Assembly: GCA_018824365.1 (NCBI GenBank)
Contig: JAHJGQ010000029.1
Span: 1 to 53,135, forward strand
Length of the DNA: 53,135 nucleotides
Direction: 5' to 3'
Source of the DNA: Nanobdellota archaeon
GTDB lineage: Archaea; Nanobdellota; Nanobdellia; Woesearchaeales; GW2011-AR9
In this document: in pieces, positions 34,201-43,172 of the stretch
How the letters are laid out: each line of letters begins with the position of its first letter
How positions within the stretch are numbered: the first letter of the stretch is position 1
Translations under genes and position numbers: made by a program
Notes under the pieces: model-generated
What the model was told of the DNA's origin: nothing
What the model saw: only the letters and a program-made list of their open reading frames with translations
The model's database searches: none

Positions 34201-35084
34201 CAGTTTCTGTTCCTGAAGTTAAAAAAACTTATTGGGGCAGAATCAGAGAACGTTCAAAAAGAAAACTTCTTTCAGCAGCGATTTTTCTCGGAGTGTTAGG
34301 GGCAGCAGCAGGATTAAATACCTATAATCTACTAAAACAAGATCCGCTTCATGTTGACGAGGGAATTTCTTCATCAGTTGCTTACGATGGGTTAAAAGAT
34401 AATCATGTTGTCAAGAAAGAAGAATCTAAAACAGAATCTAAAACAATTAGTGGAGAAAGATCTTTAACAACTCCAAAAATGGTAGTGAGCATTGGTTCTA
34501 ATGCACTTAATATTCATTACTCTAATAAAATTACAAAAGATAAGTTTGATTTTGATAGCGAAATAAGAACAGATTCTTGGAATTTGCAAAAATCAGTATG
34601 GGAATCACAAAGAGATATTAAAGCTAAAATTGCAATGGAAAAGAAATTAAAGAAAGCTCATCAAGTTGAGGCTGAAAAACAACAACTTGAAGTTAACAGA
34701 GCGAAAGAAGCTGCTGAACAGAAACATAAACATAAACCATTAGATTTAGAGGAAATAGTTATACCTCGTCTTAAACCACAACATAGATCAGGTTTATTGC
34801 CACAAAATGAAAAAGATTTTAATCAGAATATAGATCATCAGAAGATATATGATCTGTTAGATGGAAAAAGCGTATCAACGTCAAATATCTCTCCAAAAAC
34901 CCAAAGTGAGACACATAAGCAACAACAAAAATGTACTCCTGAGTCAAACAAAATAAAACCATGTAGTATGCTTGGGGCAGATCAAGTTTATGACAATATT
35001 GATGATGTCCTTTCCTCAGTACGTTCAGATATGCCGTCTGACTGGAAACTAATTGATGGCAAGTGGGTTCCTTTAGATATTTAA
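31299..35084 (+). CDS. Giant hypothetical protein (1261 aa) with one TM near the C-terminal quarter
   Basis: Uninterrupted ORF. TM LLSAAIFLGVLGAAAGLNTY. Internal short coding repeats (EVKDQEVKDQ, NIEDNIDNIEDNI, SYAQIV x2, PEIEIGE/PEVEIGE). No recognisable catalytic motif. Confidence 0.6.
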   Translation: MSVERNLGKSEENIGDSATLLYDLWSKFSSLNPKQDSPRDYLQTAQEILNVSNGSLSYDNWVELGRGVATLSLRRDAFKEDPELHDLYTEALLEISNKKNDVSRIDRKVESILTRIKDTYEGLSLKETTIRDLLDTLYREKDLHKNKDNVVKKISDFIDIYGKNLSDFDLYTLAELEMTIANDNSQIVDNLGLYFPQTFLTIFRLELKDSLEKIKKDAKTENEQKSVNNLVNLFSTKAELLNDDYLRKQAAKKLTEFLESGSSENLSDSHIRILSGLEEYCLQTEIFNPVEYLCLNVKDYKEFDSTGFEIFSKLGESFRRMEERYEKGSIERSPLEDLVQVLKSIDNLADSHKENIVGSVRNFMRVNSALLSEEEKEALENLTERYSKSNFVIGNYQLPEHVLEYGIKLREDEIPDVDKNKADFDKIIQGMENWYKSKSKKEVTAENIFFYEKSQIFIENNGYKSEKLWKFIMDNLDYLPDDHRVALKAWVNIYQNGKVDDLRSYLSNILKNSREIFKHAPLLLRHKASKVENQGINEVKDQEVKDQKTEASNVASDTPTTSNTPTLDYIVSENHPEETTQTGILLISPTGTKDFKAAVDTFYTPKKAKEQSPEEKVIINVPNVNIEDNIDNIEDNIPFVAREVRDSVYDHDSFVDSRRSVMPVSLRDEDVEFSRNSYAQIVSGSESIIPKSVIPESVMEVSLRHVEVVRDSYAQIVNDNTVPKIVDDIPEVEIGEESIGLTDEELIFVEKDHEAAKTIEEADLSSSETIDDKVKLEFVVSTLSEKLKNHTPEQPKKSLGEKVAERWGYFKEWVGINEDSSRKEEYVNLGAKSDLKSDSSNPNVLEVSTSRPEIEVKYTQNAQKKQSIQKTSLKKPVGRLIEFNDTPEIEIGEAYLTAQENIAVLKDVFEQKGNDANPEIIINGKASLTEEEETAIFEDSFEIDHIPRVRVENYQSSIDDLIAKPSSTVSVPEVKKTYWGRIRERSKRKLLSAAIFLGVLGAAAGLNTYNLLKQDPLHVDEGISSSVAYDGLKDNHVVKKEESKTESKTISGERSLTTPKMVVSIGSNALNIHYSNKITKDKFDFDSEIRTDSWNLQKSVWESQRDIKAKIAMEKKLKKAHQVEAEKQQLEVNRAKEAAEQKHKHKPLDLEEIVIPRLKPQHRSGLLPQNEKDFNQNIDHQKIYDLLDGKSVSTSNISPKTQSETHKQQQKCTPESNKIKPCSMLGADQVYDNIDDVLSSVRSDMPSDWKLIDGKWVPLDI

Positions 35085-35143
35085 TTTTTTAAGCTAACTA
35101 AAACCAGAAATCTTTATAAATAGATATAATTCTTTGAGTTAAA

Positions 35144-35659
35144 ATGGCAAAATTACGTAAATTTGCAGCATATCAAAAGTTAGAAAGACCTTATACTAGG
35201 ATTAGTAAATATACTAAACAGAATTATGTCAGAGGAGGATTTCCTCACATGAAAGTTATTAAGTTTGATATGGGCAGTCCAGAAAAAGAATATGATACAG
35301 TGATTAAGCTGAATGTTTGTAAAAGTATGAATATCCGACATAATGCTTTGGAATCAGCAAGATTAGTTTCTAATAGGTTTTTAGAGAAATCTCTTGGAAA
35401 GAACTTTCATCTACGCGTAAGGGTTTATCCATTTCATGTCTTAAGAGAAAACCCTTTAGCTTCAGGTGCGGGAGCTGACAGGATGAGTACTGGTATGAAG
35501 AAGTCATATGGTAAATCTATCAGCTCTGCTGCAAGGATGAAAGAAGGGCAGGCAGTTTTAGAACTTAGGATCAATAAAGAACATTTTAAAATAGGAAAAG
35601 AAGCTTTATCAAGATCTGCTAAAAAATTACCTTGCTCTTGTAAAGTTGTAGCTAATTAA
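35144..35659 (+). CDS. rpl10e: Ribosomal protein uL16 (archaeal L10e)
   Basis: 171 aa. YTR..Y..G.P, IRHNALESAR, RVYPFHVLRENP and GAGADRM are all characteristic of L10e. Confidence 0.95.
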   Translation: MAKLRKFAAYQKLERPYTRISKYTKQNYVRGGFPHMKVIKFDMGSPEKEYDTVIKLNVCKSMNIRHNALESARLVSNRFLEKSLGKNFHLRVRVYPFHVLRENPLASGAGADRMSTGMKKSYGKSISSAARMKEGQAVLELRINKEHFKIGKEALSRSAKKLPCSCKVVAN

Positions 35660-35661
35660 AA

Positions 35662-36642
35662 CTAACTTTTCTTTATTTCCTTTTTAAGTTTAACAAGTTC
35701 CTCTTCAATCTCAAAAAGTTCATTTCTTTTAGGATTTTTCCCTTCAACTTTTCTTTCAATTTTTTTAACTAAACGAACAGCTTCTTTTTCTTCCAACTTT
35801 TCTTTTTTACTTTTATGTTTGGGAAAAAGGTCTTTAATAAAATAAATTGGGTTTTTAATACCTTTACTTAAAGTTAAACTTATACTTTTGAATTCATTAC
35901 TAAGTTTCCTCTCTTCTAAATCACTTTTATCAATAATTTTTTGTTGAGGTATCTCACTTAGGATTCTCGCTTCTTTAATTTTCATTGAATCAACATCAGA
36001 AATTTTTTTGTCAATCTTGGCTAATTTTTTGTCAAGAATGTGTTTTTGTCCTGAAGCTTCAATGACTGTTGGTTTAGAATAGCCCTGCATCCTAGCATTG
36101 ATCTCTCTAAGCTCTCTTTCTAACTGTTTTTCTTTAATGTTATACTCTTTAACTTTTTTGCTAACATTTTTTTTAGATAAATGTGGCGGCTCTTCTTTTC
36201 TTAAGTCACTTAATTCTTCATTTAGCCGGTCTAATTCTTCTTCAAGAGGAAATTTCTTTCTAGAAGTCCAGCTTGAGATTGGTTCTTTTTCTTCTTCGGG
36301 TGTTATTTCAGCATGCCATAATTTAGGTTCATTTAATTTAGGCTTTCTTAGATGATAAAAAGTAAAGAGGATTATTGTCAGTAAGAATAATAGTGTTATG
36401 ATGATGATGAAATAATTGTTATAATTGTTAAACAGCTGTGTGACATTATCTTCGATAAAATTAGCGGTTCCAGTTACTGCACCAGTTATCAATCCCCCTT
36501 TGATAAATGAAATATTCAGTTTATCAGAGAAACCTATGAAAAAAATAAGAATCAATGAAATTGCAAATATTATCAGTGTCTTCTCACCTCTAATCTTCAA
36601 ATCGGAAGATCGTTTTAATTCTAACTCTGTTTCGACTTTCAT
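35662..36642 (-). CDS. Membrane-anchored coiled-coil hypothetical protein
   Basis: 326 aa with two N-terminal TM segments followed by a K/E-rich helical region. Confidence 0.5.
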   Translation of the reverse strand: MKVETELELKRSSDLKIRGEKTLIIFAISLILIFFIGFSDKLNISFIKGGLITGAVTGTANFIEDNVTQLFNNYNNYFIIIITLLFLLTIILFTFYHLRKPKLNEPKLWHAEITPEEEKEPISSWTSRKKFPLEEELDRLNEELSDLRKEEPPHLSKKNVSKKVKEYNIKEKQLERELREINARMQGYSKPTVIEASGQKHILDKKLAKIDKKISDVDSMKIKEARILSEIPQQKIIDKSDLEERKLSNEFKSISLTLSKGIKNPIYFIKDLFPKHKSKKEKLEEKEAVRLVKKIERKVEGKNPKRNELFEIEEELVKLKKEIKKS

Positions 36643-36700
36643 CTTTTTAATGGTATCTTATTTAAGTTTAAAAAATTAATCATAAATTCATAATCCTAAA

Positions 36701-37660
36701 TTAATTATTTCTTGTAGCTGATTTGATGACTTTTTCTTTAAGTTCTTCTAATGAATGATATTTGTGTTTAAAATCCTCTTTTGGCTTTCCTTCTGGCAGA
36801 TCGGTTTTGCTGACATATATTAAAATTTTATCTTTGAGACCTAATTGATTTAATTCTTTTAATAATTGTTCTTGTTCTCTAATAGAATAACCACCGTGGC
36901 CGCTTAAATCAAAGACGTAAATGATTAAATTAGCAAGATCTGTCATTACCAATTCCGCTTGCAATTCAATAATGTTCATCTTTTCTTTTCTTGCTAAAGT
37001 TCCTGGAACATCAAGAACTTGCACTTTAATATTGTCTTTTGCAATATATCCGGCATTGATTGATATTGTTGTAAAAGCGTATTCAGCAGTCTTTGCTTTT
37101 GTTTTAGTAAGCTTATTTAACAATGTTGTTTTCCCTACATTAGGAAATCCATAGATGCATACAGTAAACATTTCTTTGATATCTGGATAATTTTTCATTA
37201 TCTTACGGCTTTCTTCAAGATATTTTAAGTTGGGGTCAATCTGTTTTAATGTTGAAGAAACCCTTCCATAAAATTGTTTAGACAAATCTTTGATCTTGTC
37301 TCTTTCTTTAGTACGAGTGATATTTCCTACATATTCTTTCTGAAGAGAACGTATTCTTTTGATAGCCCAGTTTACTGCTCCGAACGATTTTTTTAACTGA
37401 GAATAATCTAATGTTAATCTTATCAATTTAATATAAAATTGAGGCAAATCGGCGGTTCCTGGAAAAGTATGAAGTATCTTTTCTAAACGAGGAACGATAG
37501 TATCTTTGATGATGTCTAATTTAAGGCTTTCTTTAATTCTTATTATCTGTAACCAATTGCCTTTAAGATTTTTTGATTTCCCCTTTTCTCTAGCTTTACT
37601 GAAAGCCAAATCTAAGAAATACTTACTATTTTCTACAGGAGGAATATTTTGAAAGTTCAT
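36701..37660 (-). CDS. NOG1-like GTP-binding protein
   Basis: 319 aa. G1 GFPNVGKTTLLN, G3 DVPG, G4-like SKTD, and the N-terminal helical NOG1 region. Confidence 0.85.
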   Translation of the reverse strand: MNFQNIPPVENSKYFLDLAFSKAREKGKSKNLKGNWLQIIRIKESLKLDIIKDTIVPRLEKILHTFPGTADLPQFYIKLIRLTLDYSQLKKSFGAVNWAIKRIRSLQKEYVGNITRTKERDKIKDLSKQFYGRVSSTLKQIDPNLKYLEESRKIMKNYPDIKEMFTVCIYGFPNVGKTTLLNKLTKTKAKTAEYAFTTISINAGYIAKDNIKVQVLDVPGTLARKEKMNIIELQAELVMTDLANLIIYVFDLSGHGGYSIREQEQLLKELNQLGLKDKILIYVSKTDLPEGKPKEDFKHKYHSLEELKEKVIKSATRNN

Positions 37661-37801
37661 GTTTATGAGGAAGTGAAGGTTTTTTATTAATGTTTCTTAT
37701 CTTACTGATGTTTTGCGTTTTTTGGAAAATAAGCTTAAATTTCGAATACCAGACAAAGTATTTTATACTTAAAACTTGAAAATCCGCAAAACTCCAAATT
37801 C

Positions 37802-39523
37802 TTAAAATTCATTCTTAGGGTGCTCGTGTCCTATTTCTTTCCTTTCTTTAAGCGCTTCAATATGCTTCTTTTTTTCTTCTTTTATCTTAACTCTTCTTGC
37901 TCTTAGTTCCGTTATAAGATTAGAAGCATGCTCCCCTCCTAAGAAATGAGGAAGGATCACATAATCAGCACCTTTATCGTAAAGTTTCAAAGCTTCATCA
38001 ATCTCGCTTGCGGTTACAATAACTTTTGCATGTTTATTAACAGCACGAACTTTTCCGACTAGATACAAATTATCTTTTGTCTCCGGTACAGTGGAAATCA
38101 GCATCTCAATCTCTCTTAAGTTCATACGTTCAATGATCTCTTCGTCTGACACTTCTCCATAAATGCAGTGATAACCTTTTTTGACCATCATAGAAATTAT
38201 TTCTGGGTTATAATCAACGATTAATAATTTTTTCTTAACTTTCTTTAAATTTTGTAAAATACTATACCCTATCCTGTTATGGCCGCAAAGGATTATCTTT
38301 GGCTTTATGCCTGTTGGAAGATATTCAAGCCCTTCTGTTGTAAAAATATCAAATATTTTGAGTAATGGTTGTAAATATCTGTAAATCCACTGATTATGTT
38401 TTATGTAGTAAGAAGTAATAGTTATTGTGATTAACACTATGATTACTGTAAGCGAAAATAGTTCTTTAGAAATATGGCCCAAGACCAAGCCTTGTGCGGC
38501 TAGAATAAGTGAGAATTCCCCCATCTGAGCTAGTGAATTGGCAGTAAAAAAGGAAGGTTTCTTTGTATACTTGAAAAGTGAGCAAACTAACATGATGATA
38601 ATCGGTTTAAAAATAATAAGGACAATAATTAATACTATTAATGGAATCCACATATCTTTGATTACTGCAAGTGACAAGCCCATCCCTAAAGATACAAAGA
38701 ATAATAATGAAAAGAAATCACGTAATGATTTAACTTTTCCAATGATTTCAAAATTATATTCCAAATTGCCTAGAGTTAGGCCAGCTATAAAAGCACCAAT
38801 GGCAATAGAAAAACCTACATACTGAAAAGCAAGTGAAAATATAAAGCAAACTGCTAATGAAGATATTAACAATAGTTCTTGTCGTTTGGCAGCGAAGCGA
38901 AATACGCTTGGAAAAATAAATTTACTGGCAATATAAGCTAATAAGAAAAGTGAAATGAATTTAATAAAAGCAATTCCAAACATTAAGAAGCTGAAATCAT
39001 TAATTGAAACTAGTATCGATATGGCAAAAATAGCTACGATGTCTTGTATTAACAATGTCCCAACAATAATTCGTCCATGTAATGTGTTTAATTCTCTTTT
39101 ATCTGAAAGAAGTTTCATTACAACCATCGTAGATGAAAAAGCTATCATCAATCCGATATAAGCAGCTTCTAACGGCAAGAAACCAAGTAATAACGAGATG
39201 AAGTAACCTGACACAAACAAGATAATTATCTCGATTAATCCTCCTAAGCTGGAAACAAGGCTTACTGTTTTTAAAGATTTAATATCCATCTCAATGCCGA
39301 CGATGAACAATAAGAAAGCTATTCCAATAATTGACATAGATTCAATAACACTTGTATTTGTTATCAGCTTGAATACTGGTGTAATAAGAATTCCTGCAAA
39401 AACATAAGCTAAGATCTGAGGTTGTTTAAGTAATCTTAAACCAAAAGCTAGAACCGCGGCACCAATAACTACTAAACCTAATTGTAAGAACATATCGCCA
39501 TCAGCACCTATCAAAAATAGCAC
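37802..39523 (-). CDS. Kef-type (CPA2) cation/proton antiporter with a C-terminal TrkA-N/RCK domain
   Basis: 573 aa. About 12 TM helices, then Rossmann motif IILCGHNRIGYSI. Confidence 0.85.
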   Translation of the reverse strand: MLFLIGADGDMFLQLGLVVIGAAVLAFGLRLLKQPQILAYVFAGILITPVFKLITNTSVIESMSIIGIAFLLFIVGIEMDIKSLKTVSLVSSLGGLIEIIILFVSGYFISLLLGFLPLEAAYIGLMIAFSSTMVVMKLLSDKRELNTLHGRIIVGTLLIQDIVAIFAISILVSINDFSFLMFGIAFIKFISLFLLAYIASKFIFPSVFRFAAKRQELLLISSLAVCFIFSLAFQYVGFSIAIGAFIAGLTLGNLEYNFEIIGKVKSLRDFFSLLFFVSLGMGLSLAVIKDMWIPLIVLIIVLIIFKPIIIMLVCSLFKYTKKPSFFTANSLAQMGEFSLILAAQGLVLGHISKELFSLTVIIVLITITITSYYIKHNQWIYRYLQPLLKIFDIFTTEGLEYLPTGIKPKIILCGHNRIGYSILQNLKKVKKKLLIVDYNPEIISMMVKKGYHCIYGEVSDEEIIERMNLREIEMLISTVPETKDNLYLVGKVRAVNKHAKVIVTASEIDEALKLYDKGADYVILPHFLGGEHASNLITELRARRVKIKEEKKKHIEALKERKEIGHEHPKNEF

Positions 39524-39645
39524 CTCCTTTTTAATTGTCTTAAAGGAAAGAAATAGCTTTTATAAACGTTTTTGTTAGATGGATGAATTTTGTTTATTGG
39601 ATTATTTTAATTACCTTTGATTCTCTTTTTAGAGTAAATTAATCT

Positions 39646-39894
39646 TTATTGTTCGTCTTTGTGATATAAATCAAGAAAGATGATCTTGTTTTCTTCTTTA
39701 AAGTAAGAATAAGATAACCGAAAAGAGCCGATGTACACTTCTCTTGTTCCTTTTCTAGTGAACTTCATTGGTTTTCCTATCTCAGGATTTTCAATAATCT
39801 TCTTTATATGTTTTTTGACTCTCTCTTTATCGGCATTGTTTTTGATCTTACGGATGATGTCAAGAAATTTAGGTGAATGATTTATCTTCAACAT
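39646..39894 (-). CDS. RelE/ParE-family toxin
   Basis: 82 aa. FRLSYSY...IIFLDLYHKDEQ has a RelE-like C-terminus. Overlaps the upstream AbrB-type gene by 7 nt. Confidence 0.65.
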   Translation of the reverse strand: MLKINHSPKFLDIIRKIKNNADKERVKKHIKKIIENPEIGKPMKFTRKGTREVYIGSFRLSYSYFKEENKIIFLDLYHKDEQ

Positions 39895-40154
39895 TTTTCA
39901 AGGTCATTCAAGAAATCATCTGCTGATTTTGAGATAAATTCTCCTCGTTCATAACTTTTCCATGCTTCTTCAGTTCTTTTGGCAAATTTGAGATCCTCTT
40001 CGATGTTTTTCTCAAAAGCTTTCATACTCTTCAGAATCATCTGTTTATCTGCTTTGATGATTACAAACTTCTCCCCTTCATATAAATCTCCTCGCATCTC
40101 AGAAGGGATTACTATTTGTCCTTTAGAACTCATCTTTGTTATTGCGATTTCCAT
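39888..40154 (-). CDS. AbrB/SpoVT-domain antitoxin
   Basis: 88 aa. N-terminal SSKGQIVIPSEMR swapped-hairpin motif. Confidence 0.7.
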   Translation of the reverse strand: MEIAITKMSSKGQIVIPSEMRGDLYEGEKFVIIKADKQMILKSMKAFEKNIEEDLKFAKRTEEAWKSYERGEFISKSADDFLNDLEKC

Positions 40155-40413
40155 TTTATCAATGTAAGATATATCTTACTATAAAAACTTTTCGGTAAAT
40201 TTGTTGATTTGGTGTAACATCCTGATAATTTAGTGTTAATAAAAAAAACCCTCTCAGTAAATTTTTCAAAAAATATTTTGGTAAATTAATGGGGTAATTA
40301 TTTACATTGAATAATATACTGCCTTTATGAAAAATTTGTTAAGAAATTTTGAAAAAACAAAAAATAGGACTATTGTCGGACATTTTTAAAATTTAATATT
40401 TACTAAAAATAAA

Positions 40414-40575
40414 TCATTTCTTTTGCTTTTTCTTCTTTGACTTAGCAAGCTTAATTAATTTTTTAACTTTAGATTCTTTACCTTTACTACTAGCTTTTCT
40501 TCCATTCTCTAAAAGCTTCTTGATTTTTTTAGAAACTTTTTGTATTTTCCTTGTTACTTTTTTCTTTGCTACCAT
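40414..40575 (-). CDS. Possible 53-aa lysine-rich basic protein
   Basis: ATG ORF below the track cutoff: MVAKKKVTRKIQKVSKKIKKLLENGRKASSKGKESKVKKLIKLAKSKKKKQKK. A-rich DNA can generate such ORFs by chance. Confidence 0.3.
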   Translation of the reverse strand: MVAKKKVTRKIQKVSKKIKKLLENGRKASSKGKESKVKKLIKLAKSKKKKQKK

Positions 40576-41001
40576 TTTTATCTTCAGTTAAAAAATTTAG
40601 CTGACATCTGGGCTCGGTGAAGGTTTCCTCAAACAAAACCAAATCGAACATAACGTCAGTTTGTTTTAAATTCCATCTTCGCATCATAGAGAAGCTTAAC
40701 AAGTGTAGTTTTTGCATGATGAGTTATAGCCCAGACACCATACTAATTGCCGAACACTTGACAGAGGCGATATGATAACATCCTTTCCAGGACAACCGAA
40801 TTACCCGAATATTAACAAAATAACATAAACTTACTTCTCACGTCTTTCTCTTACTCTCCTATCTTCTTTTCGTTCCTCTCTTCTTTCTTCTTTTCTTGCC
40901 ATTAGATTCACCTCTTTAATTTTTAACTTGAGAAAAGAAAAGACATTTGACATTTATGATCTCTGGTATATACGAAAAAGAAAAATATATACTTCTACTT
41001 C

Positions 41002-41919
41002 TCAAAAATGCTCATTGATTTTTAATCTAAACAAATTATACAAATTATCATTTATTTTTCTAAGATGATATAATATTGTCATCTCTTCAGGTTTTATATT
41101 CTTAATGTTATTTAAAGATTTTATTTTATCGTTTCTTCTTTTACATTCCTGGTGAAAAACAATAAAATCATTTTTTTTGAAGTTGTAGAATAAGTTGTAA
41201 AAATTTTTAACAGATCCATTTGTCTCTAGGTAAAGAATTTTTAATTCTTCTCTGAAACTGATTTCTTCATGGTTAATTAGATCAACAGCTAAATTACCAT
41301 AATTGTTACCTAATTCGCCTAGAACTTGCAAAATATTATAAATTATTTGAGTTTTAAAATAATCTTTATAACCTTTTTTATTTAACACCCGAAAACAAAA
41401 GTTAATGAAGATATCTATATCAAAGTCTCTTCTTTTAATCCCTTTCAACGCTTCCCGATTATTTTCTTCTAAGGCTGATAAACTATCTTCTGCCATAGAA
41501 ATTGTCAACAGAAAGATCCTTCTAAAAATATTCTCAAATTGAGTGTCAGTAGTTTCAGTTATTTCTCCAGCTACACAATAAGAGTTTCCTTGCTCTACAA
41601 TTGCCAATCCAATTAATGAGTTTATTGTTTCCTGAGTAAAAGCTAAGCTTTCCTGCTTTTTGAAAAGAATTTTAATCTGTTCATAACCTCTAATATATGC
41701 TCCGGTTAAGTATTCTCTGATCAATTCTTGGTTTAATTCTCCAACATCAATTTCAACCTCTTTTATTTCTAGATCTTTCATTGTAGAAAAAGTGATTGAC
41801 TTTTCTTTTTCAAAAGCTAGTAATTCATCACCAGGTTTTAAGCTGTGTTGCTTAACCCATTTGGAAGGCAGAGAAGCAACTAAAGTAGAAGCTCCTAATC
41901 TGAATATTTTTCTTCTCAT
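41002..41919 (-). CDS. AbrB-domain plus PhoU-like domain regulator
   Basis: 305 aa. N-terminal FRLGASTLVASLPSKWVKQHSLKPGDEL (SpoVT/AbrB) followed by a helical PhoU-like body. No pst genes nearby. Confidence 0.6.
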   Translation of the reverse strand: MRRKIFRLGASTLVASLPSKWVKQHSLKPGDELLAFEKEKSITFSTMKDLEIKEVEIDVGELNQELIREYLTGAYIRGYEQIKILFKKQESLAFTQETINSLIGLAIVEQGNSYCVAGEITETTDTQFENIFRRIFLLTISMAEDSLSALEENNREALKGIKRRDFDIDIFINFCFRVLNKKGYKDYFKTQIIYNILQVLGELGNNYGNLAVDLINHEEISFREELKILYLETNGSVKNFYNLFYNFKKNDFIVFHQECKRRNDKIKSLNNIKNIKPEEMTILYHLRKINDNLYNLFRLKINEHF

Positions 41920-42037
41920 GTTGTTAATGAATTATTTGGGATATTTAAACTTTTAGATTGTACATACAAACTTATATTTTTTAATGAGGTATAGTCTTTT
42001 TAATTTGTTTATACTATGATTTAAAAGCTTATATTCT

Positions 42038-42757
42038 TTGTTAATGGTTATGATAGGTGGATTAGAGAATATTTTGACAATGTTAATTGTGATTTTAGCA
42101 ACATTAGCAGCATTGGCGGGAATTGTAGTTCTGGAAAGTTTTTTTCGCAATAAATTAAAAGAGCTTTTTAGTGATGTAAATTATTTCATTTTCTTTTTTC
42201 TAATTATTGGTTATTTGTTGTATTCTATCGGAGAAGTTTCATTTTATTTAGCTCGATTTATTTTAAAAGAAGCATCATCCATAGGTATTTCAGATGTTTA
42301 CTGGTCAGGTGGAGCAATCTTTATCCTAATTTCTTTTATAATGTTGGCTTTCATACTGTTTAAACATAATTACAATCATGCTAAATTTGTAACAATGATG
42401 ATTATTGGCGGAGCATTATTAGGATTTGTTTTATATTTATTATTTGGGGTGACCTTAGGTAAAGAAGCACACTTTTTCAATTATTTTTATCCGATTATTA
42501 GTTCATTGATAGTAACGTTTGCTTTAAGTGTCGTTCTTTTTTCCTCAGATTTAGAACATTTTGGCACAGCTTTGCTGTTTTTTTTCTTAGCAAGCTGTGG
42601 AATTTTATTAGGAGATATTTTCTTTACTTATACTATTACAAAAGGAGTTTATGGTTTAGCAGGATTAATTGCTGATGTTTCCTATCTGCTGGGTTATGGT
42701 TTGAGTTTTGTTGCTTTTATAACATTGCGCCTAAGAATGCGTACGTTAGCAATTTAA
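42038..42757 (+). CDS. Polytopic membrane protein (about 7 TM), unknown function
   Basis: 239 aa, hydrophobic throughout. The start codon is uncertain (TTG or a downstream ATG). Confidence 0.55.
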   Translation: MLMVMIGGLENILTMLIVILATLAALAGIVVLESFFRNKLKELFSDVNYFIFFFLIIGYLLYSIGEVSFYLARFILKEASSIGISDVYWSGGAIFILISFIMLAFILFKHNYNHAKFVTMMIIGGALLGFVLYLLFGVTLGKEAHFFNYFYPIISSLIVTFALSVVLFSSDLEHFGTALLFFFLASCGILLGDIFFTYTITKGVYGLAGLIADVSYLLGYGLSFVAFITLRLRMRTLAI

Positions 42758-42959
42758 AATTTTATCATAAAAAAAAGTAATCATTAGTTAGCGAGAAAAG
42801 TAAAGTATAAATTTTTTGGAAGAAATGGAAAGAGAAGAGTAAAATGGCAAAGAAAAGAAAAAATAAAATTTACGAATGAGTTATTGAGACGTTGAAAAAA
42901 CAAGGTCTGCAGATAGTCGATGCTGAGGAATAAAAAGAATGAAAAAGAAAAATTGAAGA

Positions 42960-43121
42960 ATGAAAAGACTATTAATTGGAATAGGGGTCATTTATGGAAT
43001 TGCCACAATAATAGCTATGATTTCAGGAGGAATCAATTTTCTATTAGTAATCCTGCTCGCTATTTGTGTTGCCTCTATTATTGGGGGCGTTTATCTTTAC
43101 ATTAAAAAAGATAAAGATTAG
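42960..43121 (+). CDS. Possible 53-aa two-TM peptide upstream of the P-type ATPase
   Basis: MKRLLIGIGVIYGIATIIAMISGGINFLLVILLAICVASIIGGVYLYIKKDKD. Looks more protein-like than the overlapping track ORF 42920..43105. Confidence 0.35.
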   Translation: MKRLLIGIGVIYGIATIIAMISGGINFLLVILLAICVASIIGGVYLYIKKDKD

Positions 43122-43172
43122 AAAAATCTAAATACTAAAGAGTTTTATTTTATCATAAAAAAGAGGGATTGA

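Noticed and set aside
40529-40735. 62-aa track ORF, and an 8-bp pairing TCTGGGCT (40607-40614) / AGCCCAGA (40728-40735) considered as an ncRNA or C/D sRNA
   Set aside because: The ORF has no start context and an odd composition. The interior of the putative RNA shows no convincing helices, and an ATGATGA motif lacks a matching CUGA at the proper spacing.
42920-43105. 61-aa track ORF
   Set aside because: Its composition is not protein-like. The overlapping frame at 42960..43121 encodes a clean two-TM peptide and is the better, though still weak, candidate.
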